A stretch of 63,969 nt of DNA, filler included, from an uncultured Methanoregulaceae archaeon (GCA_964530035.1; 6 parts of 6 records of this genome joined end to end with filler, not necessarily neighbours in it), one strand, 5' to 3'; shown: positions 44,276-54,810, numbered from the whole stretch's first letter. Notes: generated by a model not told the origin, from the sequence alone. Program-made: numbers and translations.

Positions 44276-44374
44276 ACTACGGCACCTGCATCGCGGGTGT
44301 GACCGCGATGTCGTGTCACCCTATGGGATGTTCAGAAAGATGTATCTCACCGCTCCCTGATTGATATACACACC

Positions 44375-44737
44375 ATGAGTGCCGAACCGGGCTTCAAGTG
44401 GAAACAGTGCCTTGTCATCAGAAACGACGTCAGCATGAGTTGCGGCAAAAAATGTGCCCAGGCGGCTCACGCTGCGGTATCTGCATACGAACGTGCCGGG
44501 GCCAGCGAGCGTAAGGCCTGGCTGTCCGAGGGACAGAAAAAGGTCGTGCTGAAAGCAGCAGACGAGAGGACCATTTTTGAACTGAAGAGCATCGCCGAAT
44601 CGCTCGGGATTTCTGCAGCAATCATCCAGGACGCGGGGATGACCGAGATCCCACCAGGCACCATAACCGCCCTCGGTCTTGGTCCCGCCAAATCCGAGGA
44701 CCTTGACAAGATCACCGGGAACCTTTCGCTCCTATGA
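44375..44737 (+). CDS. pth2: peptidyl-tRNA hydrolase Pth2
   Basis: KQCLVIRND..MSCGK..AQAAHA, GQKKVVL, IQDAGMTEIPPGT.TALGLGP. Confidence 0.96.
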   Translation: MSAEPGFKWKQCLVIRNDVSMSCGKKCAQAAHAAVSAYERAGASERKAWLSEGQKKVVLKAADERTIFELKSIAESLGISAAIIQDAGMTEIPPGTITALGLGPAKSEDLDKITGNLSLL

Positions 44738-46002
44738 GACCAAGCCCGCATCCGCTCGACAAGGAACTCGGGCTCCTCTACTACGCCACCGATACCCCGG
44801 GAACGGGCGGAAGGCTCCGTGCGGTCCCTGAAGACTTTGTAGTCCATGAGCAGGAGATACCCATCGAAGATGAAGGGGAGTTCCTTGTCGTCAGGATGAC
44901 GAAGCGGAACTGGGACCACCACCGGGCCCTCCGCGAAATAGCACGCAGGCTGGGGATCAGCCAGCAACGGATAGGTTTTGCAGGCACAAAAGACAAGAAC
45001 GCCGTGACTACCCAGCTGATATCAATCAGCAGGGTGACCGAGGCCCAGGTCTCCGCCCTCGGGATCAGGGACATCTCCCTGGAACCGGTCGGTCGCCGGA
45101 AAGAGCAGATCTCCCTTGGCTCACTCCAGGGGAACACCTTCCAGGTCGTCATATCGGATATGGATGCCCCCGATATCGCAGGACAGCTGGAAACCGTGAG
45201 CAGGTTCGCCTCGGCAGGATTGCCGAACTACGTCGGATACCAGCGGTTCGGTATCACCCGTCCGGTAACCCACCGGATTGGGGAGCTCATCCTTACCGGC
45301 AGGTACGAGGATGCCGTGAACACGTTCATCGGCTGGGACCATGAAAACGAGGCGCCTGAAACACGGCGGGCACGGCAGGAGTACGCCGCCAACCACGATC
45401 CTGCCGAATCTCTCCGTTCCATGCCGGTGTACCTGACATTCGAACGGGTGATGCTCCATCACCTGGTCGAAAAACCTAAAGACTATACCGGGGCCCTGAC
45501 AGGCATCCCGAGAAAGCTCGGTGCACTGTTCGTCAGTGCATTCCAGTCTCATTTCTTCAACCATGCCCTTTCAGCACGGATCTCTGAAGGAGCTGGCCTG
45601 CAGGAACCGCGGGAGGGTGACCTTCTCCTGTTCTCTGACGGAAAGCTGGACGTGGTGACCCAGCGGACGGTCCGGACAGCCGAGGTCCATATCAGGCGGG
45701 GGAGGTGCCATATTGCCATCATGATGCCCGGGAGGACGGTTTCCTCCATTCCGGGGAGGGAAGACGCATACACCTGGGAACTCCTCAGGGAACGCGGAAT
45801 AACCCCGGAAGACTTTGAACGGGCCTCGCGTCTTCTGAAAACGGCATATAATGGCGCTGCCCGCCCGGTCGCACTGAAAACCGATCTCAATACTACCGTT
45901 GACGGATCCCGGGCGACCATCTCATTCTCGCTTCCGCCGGGACAGTATGCCACGACTGTCTGCCGGGAGATCATGAAAAACGACCCTCTCTTCATGGTCT
46001 GA
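44734..46002 (+). CDS. truD: tRNA pseudouridine(13) synthase TruD
   Basis: PEDFVVHE, FAGTKDKNAVTTQ, NYVGYQRFG, FSLPPGQYAT. Confidence 0.95.
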   Translation: MRPSPHPLDKELGLLYYATDTPGTGGRLRAVPEDFVVHEQEIPIEDEGEFLVVRMTKRNWDHHRALREIARRLGISQQRIGFAGTKDKNAVTTQLISISRVTEAQVSALGIRDISLEPVGRRKEQISLGSLQGNTFQVVISDMDAPDIAGQLETVSRFASAGLPNYVGYQRFGITRPVTHRIGELILTGRYEDAVNTFIGWDHENEAPETRRARQEYAANHDPAESLRSMPVYLTFERVMLHHLVEKPKDYTGALTGIPRKLGALFVSAFQSHFFNHALSARISEGAGLQEPREGDLLLFSDGKLDVVTQRTVRTAEVHIRRGRCHIAIMMPGRTVSSIPGREDAYTWELLRERGITPEDFERASRLLKTAYNGAARPVALKTDLNTTVDGSRATISFSLPPGQYATTVCREIMKNDPLFMV

Positions 46003-46027
46003 ACCTGGCAGGGCAGGTGTGGTTTTT

Positions 46028-46714
46028 TTATTGAGCCCCGTAAATCACATCGTATTCTGTCACGAGATTGGTGCCGCAGAGGTAGTGGTTCTTCAGGGCC
46101 AGGGTAAGCATCTCTGACTCGGACTCGATATGCATCCCCCCCACAAGAGACGGCGTGTCCGCTCCCCCAACAATAAACGGGAGGTGGATGAGGCGTATTT
46201 CATCAACCAGGCGGTGGTGGAGCATGTGCCAGTTGAGCGTGGGACCGCCCTCGACGATAAGCTTCCTGATACCATGGTCCCGGTATAGCATTTCCATGAG
46301 GAGAGGGAGGTTTACCCGGTCTTCTCCGGCCGTTACCACGAGAGCACCGGTCTCCCGGATGGCACTGACCCTCCCGGCAGGAGCTTTTTCCGATACAGCG
46401 ATGATCGTCGGGGCGTCAGGTTTGAGGACGTTGGAGGTGAGCGGGATATCGGCATCGCTGTTGGGAATGATCCGAACGGGACTTTTTCCCTCGACCAGGC
46501 GTACGGTAAGAAACGAGTTATCGATCCGGATCGTCTGGGACCCCACCATGATCGCATCATACTCGGCACGGGTCTTGTGCAGAAGAACCTCGGTCTCCGG
46601 GGCCATGTGACGCATGAGGATCTTGCTGGACGCCCCCTTCTTGAGCGTGAGCTTGCCGTCAACGGTTATCTCCGACATCATCAGGACATGGGGCTTCCGC
46701 CGCTCCGGGGTCAT
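46028..46714 (-). CDS. RibD C-terminal / pyrimidine reductase-like protein
   Basis: TVDGKL, RAEYDAIMVGSQTIRIDNS.LT, LIVEGGPTLN, LVDEIRL. Confidence 0.85.
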   Translation of the reverse strand: MTPERRKPHVLMMSEITVDGKLTLKKGASSKILMRHMAPETEVLLHKTRAEYDAIMVGSQTIRIDNSFLTVRLVEGKSPVRIIPNSDADIPLTSNVLKPDAPTIIAVSEKAPAGRVSAIRETGALVVTAGEDRVNLPLLMEMLYRDHGIRKLIVEGGPTLNWHMLHHRLVDEIRLIHLPFIVGGADTPSLVGGMHIESESEMLTLALKNHYLCGTNLVTEYDVIYGAQ

Positions 46715-46842
46715 ATTCCGAGTCTCCTCCTTCCTTTTAGGTCAGGTCCATAATAGACGTTGTGTATCCGCCCCGGGGCAGATGGTTGCGGGATTATAAA
46801 ACCACTCATCTCATATGATATTGTGGCACATGATATAAGGCA

Positions 46843-47309
46843 ATGAACATAACCGCGATGAGGGGCAGGTTCATTCATTACCTTGAACCCCTTGCCGCCT
46901 TCTGCGTTTCCCTGGGCCTCTCGCCCAACCAGGTTTCCGTCCTCTCCCTCATCTGTGGTTGTGCAACAGCCGTGCTGTATGCCATGGGATATTTTTTTAT
47001 CGGCAGCCTTCTTCTTGCCCTGTCGGCCATACTCGACCTCGTCGACGGGACCGTTGCACGGATGACCAGGAGGGAGACAAAGTTCGGCGCCGTCTTCGAC
47101 TGGATCGTAGACAAGTATACCGATGCCCTTGTCCTTCTCGGGATAGGGTTTTCAGGCGTTGCGGTCATCCCGCTGGCACTCCCTGTATCGTACCAGTACA
47201 GCGTCGTAGGCCTGGCAATAGCAGGTTCCCTCCTCAATACGTTCATTAAACCTGTCGTATATGCCGAGATAGGATACCTTGAACGAAAAGAAGGAAAAAT
47301 TGACGACCC
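46843..47309 (+). CDS. CDP-alcohol phosphatidyltransferase (3' truncated)
   Basis: SPNQVS and DLVDGTVAR...FGAVFDWIVDKYTD signature. Confidence 0.92.
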
Positions 47310-47409
47310 NNNNNNNNNNNNNNNNNNNNNNNNNNNNNNNNNNNNNNNNNNNNTTAATTAATTAANNNNNNNNNNNNNNNNNNNNNNNNNNNNNNNNNNN
47401 NNNNNNNNN
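47310..47409. other. artificial contig linker
   Basis: N pad with TTAATTAATTAA. Confidence 0.98.
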
Positions 47410-47812
47410 ATGAACCTTGCCACAAGCCCGCATGTCTTTTCCGGGACGGTGCAAAGAGGGGGATACGGGTGGAGAAGGATTTGGATTCGGGCATGGGATA
47501 TTTGTAAGGTTACCATCGATGGACAATCGATCGGTTGGTTCATGCCAGGAACCAGGGACCACACAGCCACCCTCCTGTGCAGCATATCGTTTATCTACAT
47601 CAGATAATAAAATAGTTGCTATTAAAACCATGTTAATTAAACTTAGTAAACAATTTCCATAACGCTTTTTCATGTCAGTTCCAGTGACCCCCAATCCCTG
47701 GTCCCAGGTGGGCCACCCTCTGCAAAATCACGGGGAGTGCAACCCGGAAGCCAGGTATTGCCCATTTATTCCTGTCGCCTTGAGCCGCTGAAAAAAAATA
47801 GGTGTATAGGGC

Positions 47813-49048
47813 CTATTTAAAAATATCAAATATCTGGTCTGACCCTGTGGCTGACAGACGCTCACGTTCAGCTTTCTCATCAACAAGGGCGAGGAGCGGG
47901 AGCTTCATGTCAACACCGGGTTTGAAGCCGAACATATCCTCAAGGGCGACCTGCTGGGCGTGCATGAACAGCGAGTTCCTGATTTCCATCGGGCAGGTCT
48001 CCTCGCACTGGCCACAATTGACGCAGCTGTCGGCAATGTGCGAGAACCTGATCAGGTGGAACATGAAGCTTGGCGGGACCTCACCGGGAGGGACGAGATA
48101 GGGTTTTTTCGTGCTGCACTCGACGCAGTAACAGATAGGGCACTGCTCGATGCATGAGTAGCACTTGATACACCGGGAGGTCTCCTTCATGATGGTGTTG
48201 AGGCGCTGTCTTCCCTCGCCAAGCGCGGTAAAGTCCTTTTTCCGCCACTTTTCACCGAGCTTGAGCATTGCACCCTCGACCTTGGCCCGTATCTCAAGGC
48301 CTTTCGGGTTCGCCTGTTCGGTTGCGACCGCTCCCGCCTTGACCGCCGCGTCAAGAAGGGTCGCACCCTTCTCACTGCAGACTTCAACAAACGTAGCCTT
48401 GCCGGCCTTGTCTCCGATGACACCCCAGTTGCCACAGGCAAGGTCTGCCTGGCGAGGGATTTTCATCTTGCAGCGGCGGCAGTTCGTCCGCCGGCCGAAG
48501 CCCTCCTCTTCAAGCTCGTCGATGGAGATCCCCTTGTGACCACCCTCGTACTCGATGATGAACTGTCCCTTGTCGATCTCCTCTTTGTGGACCGTGTCTG
48601 GATCAACCTGGAACTTCGTCTTGATCATTTTCCTGGCAAGGACCGGCGAAACCGTCCCACCACAGTTCACTCCGATCATGAGGACGTTGTCGAGGTTGAT
48701 CTGCTGGCGTTTCGCCAGTTCGTACATCGCCATGGCATCACACCCCTTCACCGTGATCCCGAGCTTGTAGTCCTTTGCGCCGTCAAGATACTTCTTGACC
48801 AGTTTCGCGAGGAGCAACGTACCGCAGTGAAGTGACCCGGCGGTATTGTCGAGTTCCTCCGGATCGGTAACGAGGGTAGGCACGGCGTCATAGATATCGA
48901 CCCCGCGTTTCACTGCGAGGACCGCGTCCACCATCTTCGATTCAAGGGCGTGTTTCAGGAGCCCGGTTACCGCACCCCCACATTCAGCCTTCTTCGCAAG
49001 CTCCTGACTGGTCGTCCAGGCGTAGTAAGTATCTCCTTTTTGAGACAT
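47813..49048 (-). CDS. fdhB: F420-dependent formate dehydrogenase beta subunit (FrhB family)
   Basis: ECGGAVT, AGSLHCG, KGCD, GVNCGGT, RRTNCRRC, ADLACGNWG, two C-terminal 4Fe-4S motifs. Confidence 0.95.
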   Translation of the reverse strand: MSQKGDTYYAWTTSQELAKKAECGGAVTGLLKHALESKMVDAVLAVKRGVDIYDAVPTLVTDPEELDNTAGSLHCGTLLLAKLVKKYLDGAKDYKLGITVKGCDAMAMYELAKRQQINLDNVLMIGVNCGGTVSPVLARKMIKTKFQVDPDTVHKEEIDKGQFIIEYEGGHKGISIDELEEEGFGRRTNCRRCKMKIPRQADLACGNWGVIGDKAGKATFVEVCSEKGATLLDAAVKAGAVATEQANPKGLEIRAKVEGAMLKLGEKWRKKDFTALGEGRQRLNTIMKETSRCIKCYSCIEQCPICYCVECSTKKPYLVPPGEVPPSFMFHLIRFSHIADSCVNCGQCEETCPMEIRNSLFMHAQQVALEDMFGFKPGVDMKLPLLALVDEKAERERLSATGSDQIFDIFK

Positions 49049-49049
49049 C

Positions 49050-51122
49050 TCAGTTCGCCCCCTGGATCTTCTCTACCTTCACGGCACAGTGTTTAAGTTC
49101 AGGCATCTTGGACATCGGGTCAAGCGCGGTGTTGGTCAGGTAATTTGCACCCTTGTCAAAGTGCATCGCCATATAGAGCACTTTGGGTCCGATTTCATCG
49201 GTCACCCGTGCAATCGTTTCGATCTCGCCACGGCGGCTCTTCACCCGGATTTTCTCCCCGTGCCTGATGTTGAGCTCCTTGGCATCGGCAGTGTTCATCT
49301 GGAGGTACGACTCCGGGACTTCATAGTCGAGCACTCCGCACCGGCCAGTCTGCGTCCTCGTGTGGTAGTGGAAGATGAGGCGTCCGGTCATGAGGGTGAA
49401 CGGGTACTCGGCGTCCGCGACCTCTGCAGGGGGGCGGTACTCGATGCCGAACATCGTTCCAAGGCCGTCCGCTGCTGAGAACTTTTCCCTGTGCAGGATT
49501 GGCGTCCCAGGGTGTTCCACCGTCGGGCATGGCCAGTGGATCGATTCAGGTTTTTCCATCCGGGCATAGGTCGCCCCGGACATGGACGGCGTGACTGCCC
49601 GCATATCGTCCCATACGTCCTCGGCCGACTTGAAATCGAAGCCCTTCATGCCCATCTTCTTCGCAAGCAGCGTAAAGATCTCCCAGTCCGCCTTCGCATC
49701 TCCCGGGGGTTCGACGGCCTTCCTCACACGGTTGATGCGGCGCTCACCGCTTGTAAACGTCCCGTCCTTCTCGGCAAAGCAGGCCCCTGGCAGGATGACA
49801 TCGGCATACTGGCAGGTCTCATTCATGAAGATGTCCTGGATGACGAGGAAGTCGAGCTTGTCCAGCGAACGCATGACATGGTTCGAGTCAGGGTAGGATA
49901 CCACGGGGTTCAGGCCGAGGATATACATCGCCTTGATGGGGTCACCGCACTGGGTGATCTGCTCGGTCAGGGTCACGCCGTACCAGTCAGGGAGTGAGCC
50001 TTCCTTCAGACCCCAAGCATCCTCCATCTTCTTACGGGCTGCAGGATCCTCGCACTTCTGGTATCCGGAATACACGTTCGGGTAGGCACCCATGTCGCAG
50101 GCACCCTGCACATTGTTCTGACCCCGGAGCGGGTTGACACCGACACCCGGTCGTCCGACATTTCCCGTGAGGAGCGAGAGATTACCCATGGAACGGACAT
50201 TGTCGGTACCGGTCGTGAGCTCGGTGATGCCCAGGCAGTAGATGATGACCGCGTTCTTGGCTTCCGCATACCTCATCGCGATCTCCTTTACTTTTTCCGT
50301 GGGCACGCCGGTGATCGACTCAACGTCCTTGTACTTTTCGACGGTTTTCTTCAGGTCCTCGAAACCTTTCGTCCGCTTCTCGATGAACTCCTTGTTGTGC
50401 TTGTTCTCGTGGATGATCCAGTACATCATCGAGTTTGCCAGCGCGATATGGGTCGATGGGTTGAACTGCACCCAGGTATCGGCAAGCTTGGCCGTGGGGC
50501 TGAGCCTCGGGTCGACGGCGATGATCGGTATCCCCTTCAGCTTGGCCTGGACGATGCGCCTCCCGGCGAGCGGATGCGCCTCTATCGCGTTTGAGCCCCA
50601 GACGAGGATAAGGTCGGAGTTGAGGACGTCCTCGAAGGGATTCGTCGCCGCGCCGGAGCCGAATGACAGGGAGAGCCCGGCAACGGACGGTCCATGACAG
50701 ATGCGGGCGCAGTTGTCAATATTGTTCGTCTTGAATGCCATACGCGCCCACTTCTGCATGATGTAGCAGTCCTCGTTCGGCGTCCGGCATGAGACCTGGA
50801 AACCAAGCGCCTTGGGGCCGTGCTTGTCTGATATCTCCTTGAACTTCTTTGCTATAAGGTCAAGGGCCTCATCCCAGGATGCCTCCTCAAACGTGCCGTT
50901 CTTCTTGATAAGGGGCTTGGTAAGCCTGTCAGGGCTGTGGACAAACTCCCAGCAGGTCGCCCCCTTCGGGCAGAGTTTTCCCTCGTTGATGGGAGACCTC
51001 TGGACCGGGGCTACTCCGACCAGCTTGTCATTTTTTACCACGAGGTTCAGGCTGCAACCCACCCCGCAATAGGGGCAGGTTGTTGGGACATATCTTACAT
51101 TGAGATCCAATGGCTGACTCAT
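49050..51122 (-). CDS. fdhA: formate dehydrogenase alpha subunit (Mo/W-bisPGD, Cys ligand)
   Basis: CPYCGVGC...LCPKG, DNCARICHGPS, PLRGQNNVQG, AEKDGTFTSGERR. Confidence 0.96.
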   Translation of the reverse strand: MSQPLDLNVRYVPTTCPYCGVGCSLNLVVKNDKLVGVAPVQRSPINEGKLCPKGATCWEFVHSPDRLTKPLIKKNGTFEEASWDEALDLIAKKFKEISDKHGPKALGFQVSCRTPNEDCYIMQKWARMAFKTNNIDNCARICHGPSVAGLSLSFGSGAATNPFEDVLNSDLILVWGSNAIEAHPLAGRRIVQAKLKGIPIIAVDPRLSPTAKLADTWVQFNPSTHIALANSMMYWIIHENKHNKEFIEKRTKGFEDLKKTVEKYKDVESITGVPTEKVKEIAMRYAEAKNAVIIYCLGITELTTGTDNVRSMGNLSLLTGNVGRPGVGVNPLRGQNNVQGACDMGAYPNVYSGYQKCEDPAARKKMEDAWGLKEGSLPDWYGVTLTEQITQCGDPIKAMYILGLNPVVSYPDSNHVMRSLDKLDFLVIQDIFMNETCQYADVILPGACFAEKDGTFTSGERRINRVRKAVEPPGDAKADWEIFTLLAKKMGMKGFDFKSAEDVWDDMRAVTPSMSGATYARMEKPESIHWPCPTVEHPGTPILHREKFSAADGLGTMFGIEYRPPAEVADAEYPFTLMTGRLIFHYHTRTQTGRCGVLDYEVPESYLQMNTADAKELNIRHGEKIRVKSRRGEIETIARVTDEIGPKVLYMAMHFDKGANYLTNTALDPMSKMPELKHCAVKVEKIQGAN

Positions 51123-51407
51123 GTACAACTCACGCTCGCCTGAGATCGCACGAGCTGCATGCCACATGGAGACCCACAGCCCGCCGACACTACAAACATA
51201 ATTAACTTTACCTGATAATATTTATTTTTAAATATTCAATCGCAAAAAAGCGATCAAATCCATTTTTTACTTTTAAATACAGCTATTTTTCATGGACTCC
51301 GGTCATGGAATCCAGAAATACCCGCCAAATAGCATAAAACATACATCTTATGAAATGAAACGATAGGCATAACTTGTTATCAAAACCATAATGTTAAGAT
51401 AATTATC

Positions 51408-52055
51408 ATGAAAGGCCACAATGATTCTCCCCAGGAACTTCGTACAGCGATGGAATCGGCGGGACTGCCAGCAAGACTCCGGGAATACATGGAAAAATGT
51501 GCTGAGTTCCATACGTATCCGGCTCCCGGGCTGTTGATAGGAGTTTTCATGGTCGATTATGCCCTCGAGATGCTCTCTGCAACCCCCGATGAAAGGCTGT
51601 ACGCCGTTGTGGAAACCCGGAAGTGTGCCCCAGACCCTCTTCAGGTTATCACCCATTGTACCATCGGTAACAACCGCCTGAAGGTGCTGTCCATCGGAAA
51701 GTTTGCATTAACCCTCAACCGGCAGACGAGTGACCCGGAGGTCAGGGGTATCAGGGTGTACGTAGACCCCCTCAAACTGAAAGCATACCCTGTTATCTAT
51801 TCCTGGTTTGCCAACGAGCCAAAGGACAAACAGACTGCCGGGAGGGAGAAACTCCTGGGGGATATCTTCAGCGCGGGTAGGAATATCCTGTCTGCCGAGG
51901 AGGTCATCCTCGGTGTTTCTCAGAAAAAAGTCTGGACTTCATCCTTCTGCTCAAAATGCGGGGAAATGGTCCCTTCAGACACCCTCGAGGATGGGCTCTG
52001 CCCCGGATGCGGGTCTCTTTCCTATTACAGGAAACCGGCACACCCGGCCGTGTAG
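51408..52055 (+). CDS. FmdE family protein with C-terminal zinc finger
   Basis: EFHTYPAPG.LIG, ETRKCAPD, CTIGN, CSKCGE...CPGC. Confidence 0.88.
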   Translation: MKGHNDSPQELRTAMESAGLPARLREYMEKCAEFHTYPAPGLLIGVFMVDYALEMLSATPDERLYAVVETRKCAPDPLQVITHCTIGNNRLKVLSIGKFALTLNRQTSDPEVRGIRVYVDPLKLKAYPVIYSWFANEPKDKQTAGREKLLGDIFSAGRNILSAEEVILGVSQKKVWTSSFCSKCGEMVPSDTLEDGLCPGCGSLSYYRKPAHPAV

Positions 52056-52161
52056 CCTAAACCCTTACCCTATTTATTCAGACGCCACGCAAATCGTATA
52101 GACCGGATATGAGTTCCCATCCCCCTCCCATCCGTGACTCCCGGTAACCCATGACACCGCC

Positions 52162-53010
52162 ATGGCACAGTTCACTCTCGACCCCATAGGAATCATCCAT
52201 TCACCAGTCAGGGCCAGGAACAAAATGCCCATCCAGGGTACCATCGGGTGCATCGAGGTCTTCAAGGAGTACACGGATGCGCTCCAGGGTATTGACCATT
52301 ATTCCCATATCCTCCTGATAGGCTGGATGCACGAGGCTGACAGGGAACTCCAGCGTGGCACATCGCGAAAAATATCACCCGATCTTCCGAAAAAAGGGGT
52401 TTTTGCCCTTCGTTCACCTTCCCGTCCGAATCCGGTTTCCGTGAGTGTCGTAGGAATCCTCGCCTGCACCCGTGAAAGGCATCTCACCGTGTCCCACCTT
52501 GACCTGATAGACGGGACTCCGGTCATTGACATCAAGCCCTACCAGACAAGCTGGGACTGCGTCATGTCTGCGATGAACCCTGATCGGACCGACAAGATAC
52601 GCAGGACCACGAGGGAGCAGTTCCAGGACGGGCTTGTACGGGAGGCCTTCAACTATCACGGTGAGCTGTGCCCGGGTCTTGCCCTCGCCGTCCGCATGGC
52701 GTCCAGGGCGACCTCCGACCTTGGGGGAGACATCCATAGAAGTTCGATACGGTTCATGCCGGGCAAGGACCCGTGCATCAATGATGCCATCCTTGGGATG
52801 ACAGGGATACAGACGGGGAGTGACCGCATGATATCAGCGGGCTACCCGGTAGTTACCGGAAATTCCGATTCATACTCTTTTTTTTCGGCTGACAGGGGGC
52901 TCGTCTTCACCCTGAAAAGGCCTGTACCTGACACCCTGACCATCCTCACCACGAGCGAGCAGCGCCTTTTTACCACCACGTTGTTTCCTCGTTCCGGTTT
53001 TCCTTTTTGA
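52162..53010 (+). CDS. TrmO/TsaA-like SAM-binding domain fused to an FmdE-like domain
   Basis: PIGIIHSP, GVFALRSPSRPNP, LDLIDGTPVIDIKPY, then YHGELCPGLALAVRM and CINDAI. Confidence 0.85.
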   Translation: MAQFTLDPIGIIHSPVRARNKMPIQGTIGCIEVFKEYTDALQGIDHYSHILLIGWMHEADRELQRGTSRKISPDLPKKGVFALRSPSRPNPVSVSVVGILACTRERHLTVSHLDLIDGTPVIDIKPYQTSWDCVMSAMNPDRTDKIRRTTREQFQDGLVREAFNYHGELCPGLALAVRMASRATSDLGGDIHRSSIRFMPGKDPCINDAILGMTGIQTGSDRMISAGYPVVTGNSDSYSFFSADRGLVFTLKRPVPDTLTILTTSEQRLFTTTLFPRSGFPF

Positions 53011-53131
53011 TACGGCTGCCCGACATAAGGGAGGGCTGTTGCATCAGGCACCAATTCATTGTCAGCCAGGGTACGGAAATCCTGAAAAACCTTCCATCAG
53101 AGGGTAGAGAAAATTAAAAAGACAGTTCCGG

Positions 53132-53470
53132 ATGAATGACGGGAACCAGGGGTTGATCCACACCCTTTTCCTCGACCCGTGCCTATCACCCAGCATGGAG
53201 TACGACGAACAGGTCGTGGCGACCCTCCACGAAGGGATTGACACCCTTCATCCCGCGGTCCTCGACAGTATCCGTCACATGGATGAAACAACCCGGGGGA
53301 CCTATACCGAGAGGGAGCTGTTCATGCTGATGCTCGGCTGGAGCCTCATGGAGATGGGCCTGTCCCTGGTCCCTGGCAACGCCCGCATGAGCATCACCGA
53401 GAAGCTGTTCAGAAAGGTCCTCGAGACGGACCCTGTGGTTGGGGAGCGTGGCGTGGATAGCCAACCGTAA
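53132..53470 (+). CDS. hypothetical protein
   Basis: 112-aa ORF with coding-like codon usage in an otherwise empty interval. Confidence 0.55.
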   Translation: MNDGNQGLIHTLFLDPCLSPSMEYDEQVVATLHEGIDTLHPAVLDSIRHMDETTRGTYTERELFMLMLGWSLMEMGLSLVPGNARMSITEKLFRKVLETDPVVGERGVDSQP

Positions 53471-53576
53471 AGGTACGGCGGTCTCACCTCTATCGGAATG
53501 GCAATATCAGCAGTTCACATGAAAATTATGTCCCGTTTCTCAGCAGCAGGACGAAACCACCGGGATTAAAAAGGAT

Positions 53577-54149
53577 TCATGCAGATTGAAGTTCGCTGGC
53601 AAGTACCTGGACATTCAGGATACGGACACCGATATTCTCCATGTCCCTCACATTCGCCCGGTGGATCTCCTCTGACTGGGCTCCGACGGCATCATCAACG
53701 AGCCAGACATGGTAGTTGTAGGCAATCCCGTCGAACACGGTAGTCCTGATGCAGTTCGGGGTCTGGATCCCTACCACGACCAGTGGATCCGCTCCCAGGG
53801 ATCTCAGGAGCAGGTCAAGGTCGGTCCCGATAAACCCGCTCATCCTGATCTTCCTGATAATGAACTCTCCAGGACCGGGTGCGAGCTCCGGGATTATCGC
53901 CGCGCCTTCAGTGCCTTCAACCGCGAACGGGTGGTCCCTGAACCGGTCCTTCCTGATTATTTCAACATCAGACCCGTCACCCCGGTGAACCCGCACAATA
54001 TGAACTACAGGGAGACCTTTTTCCCGGAACATCCTGAGGACCTTTCTGATGGGCCCTATTACCGCTTCAGCTCCTGAAACCCGCATGGGTGATCCAGACC
54101 TGACAAAATCATTCTGCATGTCGATGATGAGCAATGCCGGAGAAGTCAT
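53577..54149 (-). CDS. isochorismatase-family cysteine hydrolase
   Basis: ALLIIDMQNDF, RKIRMSGF, GIQTPNCIRTT. Confidence 0.92.
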   Translation of the reverse strand: MTSPALLIIDMQNDFVRSGSPMRVSGAEAVIGPIRKVLRMFREKGLPVVHIVRVHRGDGSDVEIIRKDRFRDHPFAVEGTEGAAIIPELAPGPGEFIIRKIRMSGFIGTDLDLLLRSLGADPLVVVGIQTPNCIRTTVFDGIAYNYHVWLVDDAVGAQSEEIHRANVRDMENIGVRILNVQVLASELQSA

Positions 54150-54306
54150 TCCAATCACTACAGATGTTTTCCCGTACAACGATACAGGTTTTCCTGACAA
54201 CGGGTTATCATTGCTCCCATGAACAGAGTTGCGCGGGGGCCAGGTGCCCCCATCATGGACTGCAATACTTAATGTTTTATGTCTGAGTAAAATGCAGATC
54301 CTGAGC

Positions 54307-54726
54307 ATGGTTCAGCTGGACGGACTCATGGATCGGTTCGCCGTTAAGGAGATCAAAAGGCACTACCCCTCCTGCGAGGGCTGGAATATCAGGGCTGTAT
54401 CAACCCCTGCCAGGAATTGCACGATCTTCAGGGTCGAGAAAAAGGAAAAGAACGTCCTGACTGCGTTCTCAGCCCTGGCCTCATTTGCCGGGGTCCTTCC
54501 TGAAGAGGCAGTTGAAGCTCTCGGCAAGGAACCTGTAATCGCTCCAAAGGCCGCCTCCGGAAAGGTCAAGAACATCATCCTGATGCCCCTGAATGCAAAA
54601 TCCGCTGGTAAAACAGATTTGTTCAGGTTTATTCCCATGAAACAGTTTTCAATCGAGGGAAAGAGCCTGGCATGGGTCAAGAAGCCGGTGGTCAAGGCGG
54701 TTGAAGCCCCATCGGCAGGCGCATAA
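54307..54726 (+). CDS. hypothetical protein
   Basis: Start MVQLDGLMDR after a TATA-like AT-rich stretch; divergent from the hydrolase. Confidence 0.6.
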   Translation: MVQLDGLMDRFAVKEIKRHYPSCEGWNIRAVSTPARNCTIFRVEKKEKNVLTAFSALASFAGVLPEEAVEALGKEPVIAPKAASGKVKNIILMPLNAKSAGKTDLFRFIPMKQFSIEGKSLAWVKKPVVKAVEAPSAGA

Positions 54727-54810
54727 GGCTGCAGCTCGTACGGGACAGATGCCCGGTCATCCCGTTTTCCAAATTTTTGGGAGAAAAATAGTGGCAGAGA
54801 CCTGCCAGGA

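Noticed and set aside
47410..47800. Short ORFs at the start of contig 5
   Set aside because: Several overlapping frames, none with recognisable motifs; no call can be supported.
49050..51122. Selenocysteine recoding in FdhA
   Set aside because: The active site reads CARICH with a Cys codon and the ORF has no in-frame TGA.
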